Numbered from the stretch's first letter, positions 12,001 to 32,755 are shown. The stretch: DNA of 64,000 nt from Eledone cirrhosa (GCA_964016885.1 OZ024740.1:259904001-259968000), one strand, 5' to 3'. Translations and numbers: made by a program. Notes: a model not told the origin generated them from the letters alone.

Positions 12001-13534
12001 CCACAGCCCAGAACACTGGGGAGATCAGGCAACTGTTTGAGAAACTGGATATTGAAACAGGACCCTTCGCCAGAGAGGAGCTTCAGAAGATGGAGTGGCA
12101 TCGGAGGTGATGAAGAGGTGTGAAATCGATGATATCATCCTGGAGTTTTGTAACCAGGCACTAGAGAAAGGAGTTGCCCCGAATCAGTGGAGGATCAGTA
12201 ACATCATCCCAGTGCCAAAGAAGGGAGATCTCTCTAACACCAACAACTACTGGGGGGATCTCACTGACGTTACTTGTGGCAAAGACCCTCAACAGGACGA
12301 TTCATAACAGGATCCAGCCTGAGATGGAGAAGAAGCTCAGGGACAACCAGGATGGCTTCAGAGAGGGAAAATCAACCACCAGTCACATCCTGATACTGAG
12401 GAGGATATGAGAGGGAGCTAGAGCAAAGAGACTTCCTGCTCTAATGGTTTTCATTGACTTCAGGAAGGTCTTTGGTTCTGTGAACCCAGGCTGTGTGATG
12501 AAGATCTTACAGGCTCATGGAATCCCCAAGAAGATAGTGGACGTGATATCACTGCTCTACACCAACACCAGAGCCCAAGTCATTACCTCTGACGGGATGA
12601 CAGAGTTCTTTGAGATACTGGCTGGAGTGCTCTAGGGAGATACATTGGCTCCCTACTTTTTTATCATCACAGTGGACTATTGTATGCACCTTGCACTGGT
12701 GGAGAAACACCAGGACTCTGGCTTTACTGTAGCACTGCCTCAGAGCAGAAGAGTTAAGGCTAGAAAGATATTAGATACTGAATTTACTGACATCATACCT
12801 CTCGTGACAAACACAGTGAAGGAGGCAGAGGAGTTGATGCAGGAGGTTGAGACTGTGTCTAGGAGTGTGGGGTTGAGAATGAATGAGAGTAAGATGAAGT
12901 ATCTGGTAGAGAACATTAAGAAGCCAGAGAAGATTATGAACGTAGGCGAGGACTTCCTGTATCTGATTGAGAACACAGAGGATGATGTGGTGGAGAGGAA
13001 GAGCAAAGCCTGGGTGGTGTGCCACAGTTTGAGACTGGTGTGGAAGTCGGACCTTTGTAAAGACCTGAAGATCCGTCTCTTCACCGCTACAGTGGAGTAT
13101 GTGCTGCTGTACGGGTCTGAGACTTGGACACTGACCAGGAGACTCACTCAGATGGTGGATGGGTGCAGTGCTACACAAGGATGCTGAGGATGGCTCTGAA
13201 CATTAATCAGTATACACTGAGGATGAAGAACACAGAGCTGTACGGGAGCCTCCCAAAGGTCAGCTTGAAAGTAACACAGAGGAGACTGAGGTTAGCTGGA
13301 CATGCTCACTGATATTCAGAGTTGGCACTGCACTCAGTGGTCCTGTGGGAGCCCCTACACGGACACACTAGAAGAAGGAGTCCAAGGTTGACATATATTG
13401 ATGCCCTAAGGACAGACACTGCTCTCTCGGAAACGCAGGACATGGTGGCAATGATGAAGGACAGAGACCGCTGGAGAGAACTCGTCCACGGATCTCGGAA
13501 ATTTTACCTGCCCAAGATAGATATACACACATAA
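9012..13534 (+). pseudogene. decayed RTE-clade LINE (family A), APE+RT, interrupted at ~9320-10945 by family B
   Basis: IKIGTLNVRT (APE start), resumes TFNGNPRLTVISAYSPT, IIPVPKKGDLS, FIDFRKVF, LLYGSETWTLT, RRLRLAGH; many stops and frameshifts. Confidence 0.85.
9321..10945 (+). pseudogene. 5'-truncated RTE-clade LINE (family B), RT region
   Basis: LKNNKASGEDGIPAE, NYRGINL, FIDFAAAFDSV, LDYADD, FKYLGS, LLYGCKTW; frameshifts near 9900 and 10540. Confidence 0.9.
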
Positions 13535-14060
13535 GCAGGCGGGAACAAAGTATCAATTTAGCATCCTATACATCTCTCTCTCTCTCTCTACATATACACA
13601 TACACACACACACATATATACATACACATATATACACATATGCACACATATACACACACATATATATACATATATACATATATCTATATACATAGTACAC
13701 AAATTTGTATATCAGGCAATATATGGTATGTTTATAAATAAAGATTTTGAAAGCATTCCGCTATGAATTTGGAAAGTGATGGCTTTACGCCATCTAGTGT
13801 GTTCCAGCTGAAGCTAAGGACAGGTAACTAGCGACAATGACGTCCTCATTTCTGACTCTGGTGGTTATCAAGCTAGTACTCCTTAACCCGCTCACTGTTG
13901 GAAATTAATGTAGGCAAAAACATAGTTTACATGGGCCAGATATAAAAATTCACATACTTCATATACACAGGTATGTTAGAGCTAATACCATAATTGTATT
14001 ATCCGGCCGAGCCAGCCGTTAGTTCTATATGCAAATGAGGCTGATCAGCCCATGTACATA

Positions 14061-16216
<2,156 letters not shown>

Positions 16217-16218
<2 letters not shown>

Positions 16219-16440
16219 CATCATCATCGTTTAACATCCATTTTCCTCACTGGCATGAGTTAGACGAGTTATCTTGTTGTGAACAAGGCCAGGTCAGGTG
16301 AATATGTCATGTTCATACTGAACCAATTTTGGTTTGGTTTCTACAGTTGGATGCCCTTTCAAGCGCCAACATCATTTACAGCGAGTACTGGGTGCTTTTT
16401 GTCATGACACCTACACACATACACCTTACAGTGTGGGCTG
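16217..16440 (-). mobile_element. RTE-C/SINE 3' tail, tail-to-tail with the previous copy
   Basis: CATCATC-GTTTAACATCC...TTCTACAGTTGGATGCCCTT = reverse complement of the family tail. Confidence 0.8.
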
Positions 16441-16567
16441 GGCACATCACTAGATGGGAGTGGGTATAAACAAATATATGTAGAATTTGAAGTTTGAAAG
16501 CCCCAACAGTGCAAAATGAACAAATAAACAAATAATTGAGTCGTAAGAAACGAGGAGTGTTTTTTAC

Positions 16568-16597
16568 CTTAATTCATTTATATGTCCTGATATTCTT
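16568..16597 (-). CDS. candidate 30-nt host exon (RISGHINEL)
   Basis: Acceptor tcctttattttcctcAG, donor AAG|GTaaaa, open in phase 2-2; no homology evidence. Confidence 0.25.
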
Positions 16598-16629
16598 CTG
16601 AGGAAAATAAAGGAACAATTCCAGTGTCC

Positions 16630-18180
16630 AATGTGGCTTCCTCCTTTATGGATAGGGCATATTGTGCCTTCTTTTAGCTTTTTCGATAGTTTACCGCTAT
16701 CCAAAGAAGTTCTGAAGAGGATCTTCAGTGGTCTTGCTAAGTCACGCTTAAATGTTTTTAGGAGAATTGATGCGAATCCATCTGGTCCAGCAGTTGAGTT
16801 TGTTCTCATTTCTTCTATGGCGGATATCACATCTTCTTCCATTATGGCTATGTGGTTGATGACAGCCATTTCTTCGTGGCATCAAAGAACTCTTCTGGCT
16901 TTGTCATTTTCATGTGCCTTAAAAAGAACACACTTTTGTACTGTTCATTCAGTATTTCACTTATCCCTTGGGGATTCTTGGTTAATGAACAATTTTTATG
17001 GAAAAGTGGTCCAATCTTGCAGTGAACCAAGACAGTTTCTTTTGCAAATTTAAAGAAAGCCTTAGGGTTTGTTTTAATATTTTCTATGGCCCTGGCTTCT
17101 CTCTCTGCCCTCTCCTTCTCATGGGAACGTTTGAGTGCAGTTTCAATTTCAAGTAGTGCCTGTTTCAGATAGGGTTCCTTCTTGTTCTTCTGTTGAGCAT
17201 TTAACATGTTTGAGATCTTAGTTCTTCATCTCATGGGAATAAGATTTTTGTGTCCGTTGGCCTTTTTCTCAGGGACAAACATGTGGCATATGGTTTGTAT
17301 TGTCGTCATGAAATGTTGAAATTGTGTGTTGGTGTCTTGTATGGTGATGCTGTCGCTCCAGTTTTGCGTCAGGATCTCTTCCAGGATCTTTTACAGTTAG
17401 CCTTGTGAAAGTTTAGGCTGGATAGAGTCCCAGTGCTTCCTAATGGTTGCATCTCTGCTGACTCTCTTAGGCAATATATCATTAGTTCTACTAAGTTATT
17501 ATCTGAGATAATCGTTGGAGTCACCTTTACATTGTGGATGAGCCCTGTGCTATTTGTAAAGCAGCGATCCAGGACATTCGCGTTGCTTGATGACAGGAGT
17601 ACTGCTTGTTCCATGAACAGTCTGTGTGTGAGGGCCAGCAGGGACTCCGTCTGTCTCTGTTCGAGTGATGTCATTCCTGGGAGGAGGTGGCCTCAGGCCA
17701 TTTGACCTTTGGTAGGTTAACATCTCCCAGCAGCAGAACGTTGAGACTGGTCCAGTTTGTCAAGGACTTCTTCCACCCTCCTGAGGCTATCTTCAAACTT
17801 ACTTTCATGAGAAGGGGAATCTGGTGGCCAATATGCGACATATATTACCATTTTGAGTTGCTTCATATGTACTATCAGTGTGTCTCGGAATCAGTTGGAA
17901 TGTGTCAACAATACAATGAGTCTGACATCTTCATGGATGTACAGGGCAACTCCAGCATGAGTTCTGTGCTGCCTGTCTGAGCGAAATACAGTATATTTTG
18001 GTATATATATTTCCGCATCTGCTATACTGTTTGTCAGGTGCGTTTCGATTAGTGCCATGCATATTGCTTGAATGCTTATGGCTAAGTCTCCCAGGTAGGA
18101 AATTTTACTCATGTTAGCGAGTTTCACCAGACCTCTGACATTTGGGATGTCAGCAATGGCTGTCGGTGTGGCACCTGGCC
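16630..18180 (-). pseudogene. CR1-like LINE ORF2 fragment (APE to pre-RT)
   Basis: ALIETHL...IPKYTVFRSDR...GVALYI, NVLDRCFTN, LNFHKAN, IKTNPKAFFKFAK, STAGPDG...LARPLKILF...PIHKGGS. Confidence 0.85.
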
Positions 18181-18379
18181 TGGTTTCAGTGGCAGCCACC
18201 CTGGGTCCGATGTAGCCAGGTCAGCTGTCCCACAATCCTCTCTGCCATTTCTAAAATATACTTTTGCGCTGCTGCTGCTGACTGTATTCCATCTGTATAT
18301 GCGTGTCGTCTCTTTGTTGGAGTGGCATGCGCGACATCAGCATATTTCTGGGGCAGCAGCCCTATTTGTAGTTTGTGTG

Positions 18380-18387
18380 TATGTATG

Positions 18388-18470
<83 letters not shown>

Positions 18471-18523
18471 ATATATGTATATATATGTATATATATATGT
18501 ATATATATGTACATATATATATG

Positions 18524-18581
<58 letters not shown>

Positions 18582-18591
18582 TATGTGTATA

Positions 18592-18664
<73 letters not shown>

Positions 18665-18807
18665 ATATATATGTATATATACATATATATGTATATATAT
18701 GTATATATATATATATGTGTGTGTATATATATGTATATATACATATATATGTATATATATGTATATATATATATGTATATATATGTATATATATATATGT
18801 ATATATA

Positions 18808-18840
<33 letters not shown>

Positions 18841-18906
18841 ATATGTTTATATATATATATATGTATATATATGTATATATATGTATATATATATGTATAT
18901 ATATAT
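18380..18906. repeat. (TA)n/(TATG)n microsatellite (similar tracts 19570-19935, 23803-24010, 27919-28440, 28905-29085, 30990-31190, 32741-32972)
   Basis: Direct inspection; YIYI ORFs are artefacts. Confidence 0.97.
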
Positions 18907-18909
18907 GAA

Positions 18910-19570
18910 ATATAAGAATCAAAGAACTGTTCAAAACATTATTGTGATTACAGCTGTTTCCTCCAAACCGAGGTTTGGATTCTTCGGAGCAATTTATTAA
19001 TGCATGGACAGTTATATGACCTCCTTTTCAGCCGAGAGACATACCAATACATATTCAAACATTGATACATATTCAAACATTGTGGGTCAACATTCATTAC
19101 AGAATTTAGAGTGGCAGTACACACTTCGAGATTACATTTATATTAATAGGTACAATCAAAAATCAAAGATATAGGTTAAAGTACAACATGAAGATAAGTG
19201 GTTATATAGTGCAAATGTTATATGTGTGGCACGCATGTGCGTCTTGTTTATATAGTGTGGCAGAGAGATATGTGTGGTAGAGGCACTTAGGTAGGTAAAT
19301 AAGAGTGTTAGGTTGGTAGATCTGGTGGCAAAGTCTTTATATGATTGATATAGTCTGTGTGTGGAGAAATATTATAAGCATTAAAGATAGTGCAAGCATT
19401 AAAAGTGTTATAAGTATTGGAGATGCACAGCGCAGGGATGTCAAGTAATTCATGTACTTCGGCATTTTCATGGTCAAGGGAGTGTATATTTCGATTATAT
19501 GCCTTTCACATAATCCACGACAATCCAGTTAGAGATCGTAGTCTGGTGTTCTTTAGTTCGATACAGGAGG
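18910..19570 (-). mobile_element. Penelope-like 3' fragment with hammerhead-like motif (18945-18991)
   Basis: Reverse-complement homolog of 33232-33790; flanked by (TA)n; CCGAAGA-stem-GAAA-CAGCUG-UA. Confidence 0.55.
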
Positions 19571-19622
19571 TATATATATATATATATATGTATATATATG
19601 TATATATATGTATATATATATG

Positions 19623-19653
<31 letters not shown>

Positions 19654-19888
19654 GTATATATATATATATGTGTATATATATATATGTATATATATGTATA
19701 TATATATATATGTATATATATGTATATATATATATATGTATATATGTTTATATATATATATATGTATATATGTTTATATATATATATGTATATATGTTTA
19801 TATATATATGTATATATATGTATATATATATATATGTATATATGTTTATATATATATATGTTTATATATATATATATGTATATATATG

Positions 19889-19935
<47 letters not shown>

Positions 19936-22656
19936 GAAGAATGCACCTCCCAACATAGACTGATAATTAGCGACCTCATAGTCAGGACGAGACGTACTCG
20001 ACAACAGAAGAGGACTATCCTCAGGAGGAAAATATGGAAGCTAAAGGACCCCACAGCCAGGAATAAATTTCAAAGCATATTACTTGATGCTTTCGACAGT
20101 AAGGAAGAACATTTAGAGTCGGACAATATAGAGGGAGAGTGGGAATTTCTGAAAGCAAACCTGCTGTTGGCGACAGACGAAGTCTGTGGCTGGAGCAGGC
20201 CTGTAGGCAGGAGGAGAGTAACATGGTGGTGGAACAGTAAGGTGGAGGGGTCAATTAAGGCCAAAAAGCAGGCTTGGAAAGTATGGCGGGATGAGGGAAG
20301 TAGAGAGGACTATCAAGTGGCCAGGAGGGAAGCTAGGAGACAAGTGTACTTAGCAAGAAGGGAAGCTGAGGAAAGAAAGTTCAAGCATGTTCTACAACGC
20401 GATGACCAAAAACGTGAGGTGTTCAGGATTGCTAGGCAATGCGTCAAGGAAAACCGTGATATTGTCGGGGAGAAGTGTGTACTAAACGACGATGGCACAC
20501 TTGCCATCACCGACGCTGATAAGAAGGTAGCTTGGAAGTGTCACTATGAAAGGCTACTAAATGAGGAGAATAATTGGGAGAAAGGCAGTCTCCCCCATGT
20601 CGACCCAATAGAGGGACCAGCAGTGTTAGTCGAGGGGAGTATAATAAGTAAGGCAATCAAGGTTATGAAGACGGGTAAAGCGGCTGGGCCTTCGGAAATA
20701 GTTGCTGAGATGCTGAAGGCATCTGGCACGGTGGGACACACCATGGTCACCCGCATAGTTAACCAAGTCGTACAGAATGGGATTGTTCCGAAGGACTGGC
20801 ATAGCAGCATCATCGTTAACTGTTATAAGGGTAAAGGAGACGCCCTAGATAGGAGTAACTATAGAGGCATTAAATTAATCGACCAGGTCATGAAGGTCAC
20901 GGAAAAAGTAATAGCGCAACTAATCAGAGAGAGAATTGACCTAGATGAAATGCAGTGTCAGGCAAAAGTACCACAGACGCTCTTTTCATAGTACGACAAC
21001 TACAGGAGAAGTACCTAGCTAAAGGTAAACCCCTCTACTTAGCTTTTGTCGACTTGGAGAAAGCCTTCGACAGAGTCCCCCGCTCCATTATCTGGTGGGC
21101 TCTTAGAAAACTAGGCGTTGACGAATGGCTTGTGAGGGCTATACAAGCCATGTATAAAGAAACAGTCAGCAAGGTTAGAATTAACAACGAATATAGTGAA
21201 GAGTTTAGCGTAAAAATTGGCGTCCATCAGGGCTCTGTTCTCAGCCCACTACTATTTATTATTGCCCTTCAGGCTATAACAGAGGAGTTCAAGACAGGCT
21301 GCCCATGGGAACTCCTATACGCAGACGACCTGACACTCATAGCGGAATCAATGGCCGAGCTAGAGAAGAAATTCCAAACATGGAAGCACGGCCTAGAGTC
21401 AAAAGGACTTAAAATTAACCTGGCTAAGACCAAAGTACTAGTTTGTAGGAAAGAAAACAAGGCGGCGGTCCCTTCTGGGAAATGGTCGTGCTCGGTGTGT
21501 AGGAAAGGCGTAGGTAGAAACTCCATTTTATGTCCTAAATGCAAAGTATGGGTGCATAAAAGATGTAGTGGGATCACAGGTAAGCTAACTAAGAACATAG
21601 ATTTTACATGTGGCCGGTGCTCTGGTGCAATAAGTAGCAGCAAGTGCCCACAAACTACTAGCTCTTTCAATTGCGCAGAGGGTTCTATAGAAATAGTGGA
21701 CAGCTTCCGTTACCTGGGCGATAAAATCAGCAGTGGGGGAGGGTGCTCTGAAAGTACTGTAGCTAGAGTCAGAACTGGTTGGGAAAAGTTCAGAGAGCTT
21801 ATACCACTATTAGCTGCTAAAGGGTTCTCACTAAAAATGAAAGGCAGGTTGTACGATGCCTGCATACGAACAGCAATGCTGCATGGCAGCGAGACCTGGG
21901 CATTGTGTGCAGAGGATATACGCAGACTAGAGAGGAACGAAGCTTGCATGCTCCACTGGATGTGTAACAGTAATATACGTGAACGGCAAAGCATAAACGA
22001 ACTAAGGAAAAAATTAGAGATAAGAGGGATCAGATGTTGTTTACTCGAGAGAAGGCTACGTTGGTATGGACACGTGATGCGCATGAAAGTCGATAGCTGT
22101 ATAACAAAGTGCAGGGCAATAAAGATAGACGGTAGTCACGGAATAGGCAGACCTAGAAAAACCTGGGACGAGCTGATAAACTCCGACATCACACACTTAC
22201 ACCTTTCCAAGACAATGTCACTGGACCGAGACCTTTGGCGGTACTCAGTAACAGAGAAGACCCGCCTTACCTAAATATATAGTAAAACCTACTCCAGCCA
22301 GTAGGCATCTCTAACAAAATACACCCCGTCCCACCACCACCACCCCGTTCTATGTAAAGTTATGTTGGTGCCGCGCCATCGAGGCCGAAACAAATGAGAT
22401 TGTGTAGGTGTCACGACAAAAAAACACACAGTCCACGCTGTAATGTGGCCGTGTAGGCAACACGGTAAAAACCTCCCAGACCCACACTGTAAATGTGGTT
22501 GGTGTTAGGAAGGGCATCCAACTGTAGAAAACCTGCCAGACAGTCCTATGCGAGCAAGACAATCACTCTTGCCTCAAGTGGGACTACCCCCGTCCAAACC
22601 CATGCAAGCGTGGAACACGGACGTTAAACGTTGATGATGATGATGATGATGATGAT
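19936..22656 (+). pseudogene. 5'-truncated RTE family C copy
   Basis: EECTSQH...WWWN...YADD...PHD...RLRWYGH; 10-nt deletion frameshift at ~20955; (GAT)n tail; (TA)n on both sides. Confidence 0.95.
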
Positions 22657-23011
22657 ATATATATCTATATCCAAAATTAAGATAAATTAACTGAATTTAA
22701 TCCAAATCGAAATTATGGGTATCATGCCATAATTTTTCTTCCTTGTTGATAATCCAAAAATATCCACTTCCGTGACTTACCATCTGATTAATTGGTGAAA
22801 TATATTTCTTTAATGGAATATATACAGGGAAGATTAATCATATTAAAAGGTATCTATTTTTCAAGTTCTAGTTAACTTTATTTATTTGTTACCTACCTAG
22901 CTATGCGTGGTTACACGCTTGTTAAAATTATCTCCTGTGATTATTCATCTTTATATATATATGTTAATCAATTTCTAGTTATTATATGTATATATATGTA
23001 TATATATATAT

Positions 23012-23799
23012 ATATAAAGATTTACATATACATAAACATAAAGTCATAGATATATATGTGTTTTGCAACTGGTCACGTTGTGGCTCAATGAAGAATTAAT
23101 AAATTAAATAATCAGAGCAATATATCATAAATCATGTCTTTAGAATTATTAGATAAAATATATACCATTTCCTAATATGCTTTGATTATTTAATTTATTA
23201 ATTCTTCATTGAGCCACAACGTGACCGGTTGCAAAACATATATATATCTATGACTTTATGTTTATGTATATGTAAATCTTTATATTTAATAATCTCCCAT
23301 TAGGTTGAGATACAATTGGGCGATATTGGGCTGCGCTTTCTAGCAACAAGCCTACGCGCCGTAAGCAACTAATCACATTCTTTCTAACTTAACCACTGCC
23401 ACATTGCGATTCTTAGCCATTTTTTAATCACTTTGGAAAATTAAATGTCTAATTTTGAGTTCACTCCTGATGAGTCTGATACTGTGGACGTGTCCTGTTA
23501 TTGGATGTCTAAAAATACGGACGAAACCATGGTAGAGATATAATTACGGTATGTACACATTTCTTCTAAGTTTGAATTTACACCTAATTGTGTATGGTTG
23601 ACGGTATATTTAGTCAATTTCTACATGCTGTTGAAATGTTGGATAAATACTCTATCAGGGCCACCGCGAAGAGGCCGCTTTCGGTTATTTGTCGGAAATT
23701 TCTTTATTCTTATAGCTTGGTCTAATTGATTTGTTATATGGTTAATTATGGAGAGGAAATGGTATATATTTTACCTAATAATTCTAAAGACATGATTTA

Positions 23800-23806
<7 letters not shown>
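23012..23806 (+). mobile_element. hammerhead-containing non-coding element (Penelope pLTR or retrozyme-like) with inverted 5' segment
   Basis: 107-bp inverted arms 23012-23118/23179-23285; spacer is reverse complement of 23754-23806; hammerhead inside; (TA)n flanks. Confidence 0.7.
23464..23537 (+). ncRNA. type I hammerhead ribozyme with palindromic stem III
   Basis: CUC-CUGAUGA-GUCUG...CGGAC-GAAA-CCAUGG-UA-GAG: complete canonical core, stem I CUC/GAG, extended stem II, ACCAUGGU palindrome, GUA cleavage triplet. Confidence 0.8.
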
Positions 23807-23877
<71 letters not shown>

Positions 23878-24229
23878 ATATATAAATATATATATATATA
23901 TGTATGTATATATATATATATATATATGTATGTATATATATATATATATATGTATGTATATATATATATATATATATGTATGTATATATATATATATATA
24001 TATGTATGTATCACTAGAGCTGACTCCAATTATTCCAGCCATCCATCTAATCTACGAAGGTATTTTAGCCTACATATTGTCGTTAATATTATGATGTTCC
24101 CTGCTGTATTAGCGTTAAATTTTCCCTGCTGTATTAGCGATAAATTTTCTAGGGTTTCTCTTAGTAGTTTTTTTCATGACATTATTATTGTTAATTTTAC
24201 TGATGTAGTATTAACTTGGATATTTACCA

Positions 24230-28392
<4,163 letters not shown>

Positions 28393-28396
28393 GTGC

Positions 28397-28444
<48 letters not shown>

Positions 28445-28925
28445 TCCCCCATTCTCTCTGTTTCTCCTACTTTCTTTCGCCCCCTCTGTCATGTCAGTTA
28501 GCTCTTCCTCACACTTTCACTCACTCACTGTTTCTCCTCTCTTCGCTTCATCCTGTACACGACGAAAGCTATATTTTTCTCTCTTCTCACATGGCCCTCG
28601 TTCGTGTCAGGTCTTTTTTCTAAAGCGCTCATATATTCACCTAGCTTATGCTAAACAGAATAATTATGAAGCTTGTTTCATTCCCCTACGGTTAGCTATA
28701 CTCTTTGCTGTTCTCCTGTCTCACTCGCTTTACGCGTTTTAATTGTCCTAATAACTTATTTTAGTTATTATTGCACCGACGTGAGGTATATGATTTTTAA
28801 TGCAATGAAATGTCTATGATCGTCGGCAAATCACTGATGAGGGACTCATTTTATTACATGTTATCCATGCGCTACCTGCAGTATTTTTCTCCATATTTTA
28901 TTACATATATATATATATATATATA

Positions 28926-29072
<147 letters not shown>

Positions 29073-29084
29073 ATATATATATAT

Positions 29085-30985
29085 ATCATCATCATCATCA
29101 TCATCATCAGCGTTTAACGTCCGTGTTCCACGCTTGCATGGGTTTGGACGGGGGTAGTCCCACTTGAGGCAAGAGTGATTGTCTTGCTCGCATAGGGCTG
29201 TCTGGCAGGTTTTCTACAGTTGGATGCCCTTCCTAACACCAACCACATTTACAGTGTGGGTCTGGGAGGTTTTTACCGTGTTGCCTACACGGCCACATTA
29301 CAGCGTGGACTGTGTGTTTTTTTGTCGTGACACCTACACGATCTCATTTGTTTCGGCCTCGATGGCGCGGCACCAACATAACTTTACATAGAACGGGGTG
29401 GTGTGGATCGGGTGGGGGTGGTGGGACGGGGTGTATTTGTTAGAGATGCCTACTGGCTGGAGTAGGTTTTACTATATATTTAGGTAAGGCGGGTCTTCTC
29501 TGTTACTGAGTACCGCCAAAGGTCTCGGTCCAGTGACATTGTCTTGGAGAGGTGTAAGTGTGTGATGTCGGAGTTTATCAGCTCGTCCCAGGTTTTTCTA
29601 GGTCTGCCTATTCCGTGACTACCGTCTATCTTTATTGCCCTGCACTTTGTTATACAGCTATCGACTTTCATGCGCATCACGTGTCCATACCAACGTAGCC
29701 TTCTCTCGAGTAAACAACATCTGATCCCTCTTATCTCTAATTTATTCCTTAGTTCGTTTATGCTTTGCCGTTCACGTATATTACTGTTACACATCCAGCG
29801 GAGCATGCAAGCTTCGTTCCTCTCTAGTCTGCGTATATCCTCTGCACACAATGCCCAGGTCTCACTGCCATGCAGCATTGCTGTTCGTATGCAGGCATCG
29901 TACAACCTGCCTTTCATTTTTAGTGAGAACCCTTTAGCAGCTAATAGTGGTATAAGCTCTCTGAACTTTTTCCAACCAGTTCTGACTCTAGCTACAGTAC
30001 TTTCAGAGCACCCTCCCCCACTGCTGATTTTATCGCCCAGGTAACGGAAGCTGTCCACTATTTCTATAGAACCCTCTGCGCAATTGAAAGAGCTAGTAGT
30101 TTGTGGGCACTTGCTGCTACTTATTGCACCAGAGCACCGGCCACATGTAAAATCTATGTTCTTAGTTAGCCTACCTGTGATCCCACTACATCTTTTATGC
30201 ACCCATACTTTGCATTTAGGACATAAAATGGAGTTTCTACCTACGCCTTTCCTACACACCGAGCACGACCATTTCCCAGAAGGGACCGCCGCCTTGTTTT
30301 CTTTCCTACAAACTAGTACTTTGGTCTTAGCCAGGTTAATTTTAAGTCCTTTTGACTCTAGGCCGTGCTTCCATGTTTGGAATTTCTTCTCTAGCTCGGC
30401 CATTGATTCCGCTATGAGTGTCAGGTCGTCTGCGTATAGGAGTTCCCATGGGCAGCCTGTCTTGAACTCCTCTGTTATGGCCTGAAGGGCAATAATAAAT
30501 AGTAGTGGACTGAGAACAGAGCCCTGATGGACGCCGACTTTTACGCTAAACTCTTCACTATATTCGTTGTTAATTCTAACCTTGCTGACTGTTTCTTTAT
30601 ACATGGCTTGTATAGCCCTCACAAGCCATTCGTCAACGCCTAGTTTTCTAAGAGCCCACCAGATAATGGAGCGGGGGACTCTGTCGAAGGCTTTCTCCAA
30701 GTCGACAAAAGCTAAGTAGAGGGGTTTACCTTTAGCTAGGTACTTCTCTTGTAGTTGTCGTACTATGAAAAGAGCGTCTGTGGTACTTTTGCCTGACACA
30801 AACCCGAACTGCATTTCATCTAGGTCAATTCTCTCTCTGATTAGCTGCGCTATTACTCTTTCCGTGACCTTCATGACCTGGTCGATTAATTTAATGCCTC
30901 TATAGTTACTCCTATCTAGGGCGTCTCCTTTACCCTTATAACAGTTAACGATGATGCTGCTATGCCAGTCCTTCGGAACAACCCC
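29085..30985 (-). pseudogene. 5'-truncated RTE family C copy, near-identical to 20780-22656
   Basis: 464-aa ORF differs from the 20955-22274 protein at only a handful of residues; (TA)n on both sides. Confidence 0.95.
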
Positions 30986-30988
30986 GTG

Positions 30989-31081
<93 letters not shown>

Positions 31082-31192
31082 AAAATATTTTTTACAGCTG
31101 GATGCCCTTCCTAACACCAACCACATTTACTATGTATATGTATATATATATGTATGTATATATATGTATATATGTATATATATGTATATATG

Positions 31193-32740
31193 TAGAAAAC
31201 TAGGTGTTGATGAATGGCTTGTGAGAGCTATACAAGCCATGTATAAAGAAACAGTCAGCAAGGTTAGAATTAACAACAAATATAGCGAAGAGTTTAGCGT
31301 AAAAGTTGGTGTTCATCAGGGCTCTGTCCTTAGCCCCCTACTATTTATTATTGCCCTACAGGCTATAACAGAGGAGTTCAAGACCGGCTGCCCGTGGGAA
31401 CTCCTATATGCAGATGATCTAACGCTCATAGCTGAATCAATGGCCGAACTAGAGAAGAAATTGCAAACATGGAAGCACGGCCTAGAATCAAAAGGCCTTA
31501 AAATTAACCTGGCTAAGACTAAAGTTCTAGTTTGTAGGAAAGAAAATAATCCGGGAAATGGCCATGCTCAGTGTGTAGGAAAGGCGTAGGTAGAAACTCC
31601 ATTTTATGTCCCAAATGCAAAGTATGGGTGCATAAAAGATGCAGTGGGATCACAGGTAAGCTAACTAAGAACATAGATTTTACATGTGGCCGGTGCTCTG
31701 GTGCAATAAGTAGCAGCAAGTGCCCACAGAATACTAGCTCTTTCAATTGCGCAAAGGGTTCTATAGAAATAGTGGACAGCGTCTGTTACCTGGGTGACAA
31801 AATCAGCAGTGGGGGAGGGTGCTCTGGAAGTACAGTAGCTAGAGTCAGAACTGGATGGAAAAAGTTCAGAGAGCTTATACCACTATTAGCCGCTAAAGGG
31901 TTCTCCCTAAAAATGAAAGGCAGGCTGTATGATGCCTGCATACGAACAGCAATGTTGCATGGCAGTGAGACCTGGGCATTGTGTGCAGAGGATATACGCA
32001 GACTAGAGATGAACGAAGCTTGCATGCTCCGCTGGATGTGTAATAGTAATATACGCGAACGGCAAAGCATAAACGAACTAAGGGAAAAATTAGAAATAAG
32101 AGGGATCAGATGTTGTTTAGTCGAGAGAAGGCTACGTTGGTATGGTCATGTGATGCGCATGAAAGACGACAGCTGTATAAAAAAGTGCAGGGCAATAAAG
32201 ATAGATGGTAGCCACGGAGTAGGCAGACCCAGAAAAACCTGGGACGACCTGATAAATTCCGACCTCACACACTTACACCTCTCCAAGACAATGTCACTGG
32301 ACCGAGATCTTTGGCGGTACTCAGTAATAGAGAAGACCCGCCTTACCTGAAATACAAAGTAAAACCTACTACAGTCAGTAGGCATCTCTAACAAAATACA
32401 CCCCCGTCCCACCACCCCCACCCCATCCACACCGCCCCTTTCAATGTAAAGTTATGTTGGTGCCACAACATCCAGGGCGAAACAAATGAGTTTGTGTAGG
32501 TGTCACGACAAAAAAAACACACAGTCCACGCTGTAATGTGGCCGTGTAGGCAACACGGTAAAAACCTCGCAGTCCCACACTGTAAATGTGGTTGGTGTTA
32601 GGAAGGGCATCCAACTGTAGAAAACCTGCCAGACAGTCCTATGCGAGCAAGACAACCACTCTTGCCTCAAGTGGGAAAACTCCCGTCCAAACCCATGCAA
32701 GCGTGGAACATGGACGTTAAACGATGATGATGATGATGAT
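31193..32740 (+). pseudogene. 5'-truncated RTE family C copy
   Basis: RKLGVDEW...YADD...; frameshift near 31550; (GAT)n tail; (TA)n on both sides. Confidence 0.95.
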
Positions 32741-32755
32741 ATATATGTATATATG

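Noticed and set aside
19417-19935. N-terminal extension of the 524-aa ORF
   Set aside because: Read-through of a (TA)n tract fused by chance to a truncated RTE
28834-28880. CUGAUGA hammerhead start
   Set aside because: No downstream GAAA or stem III found
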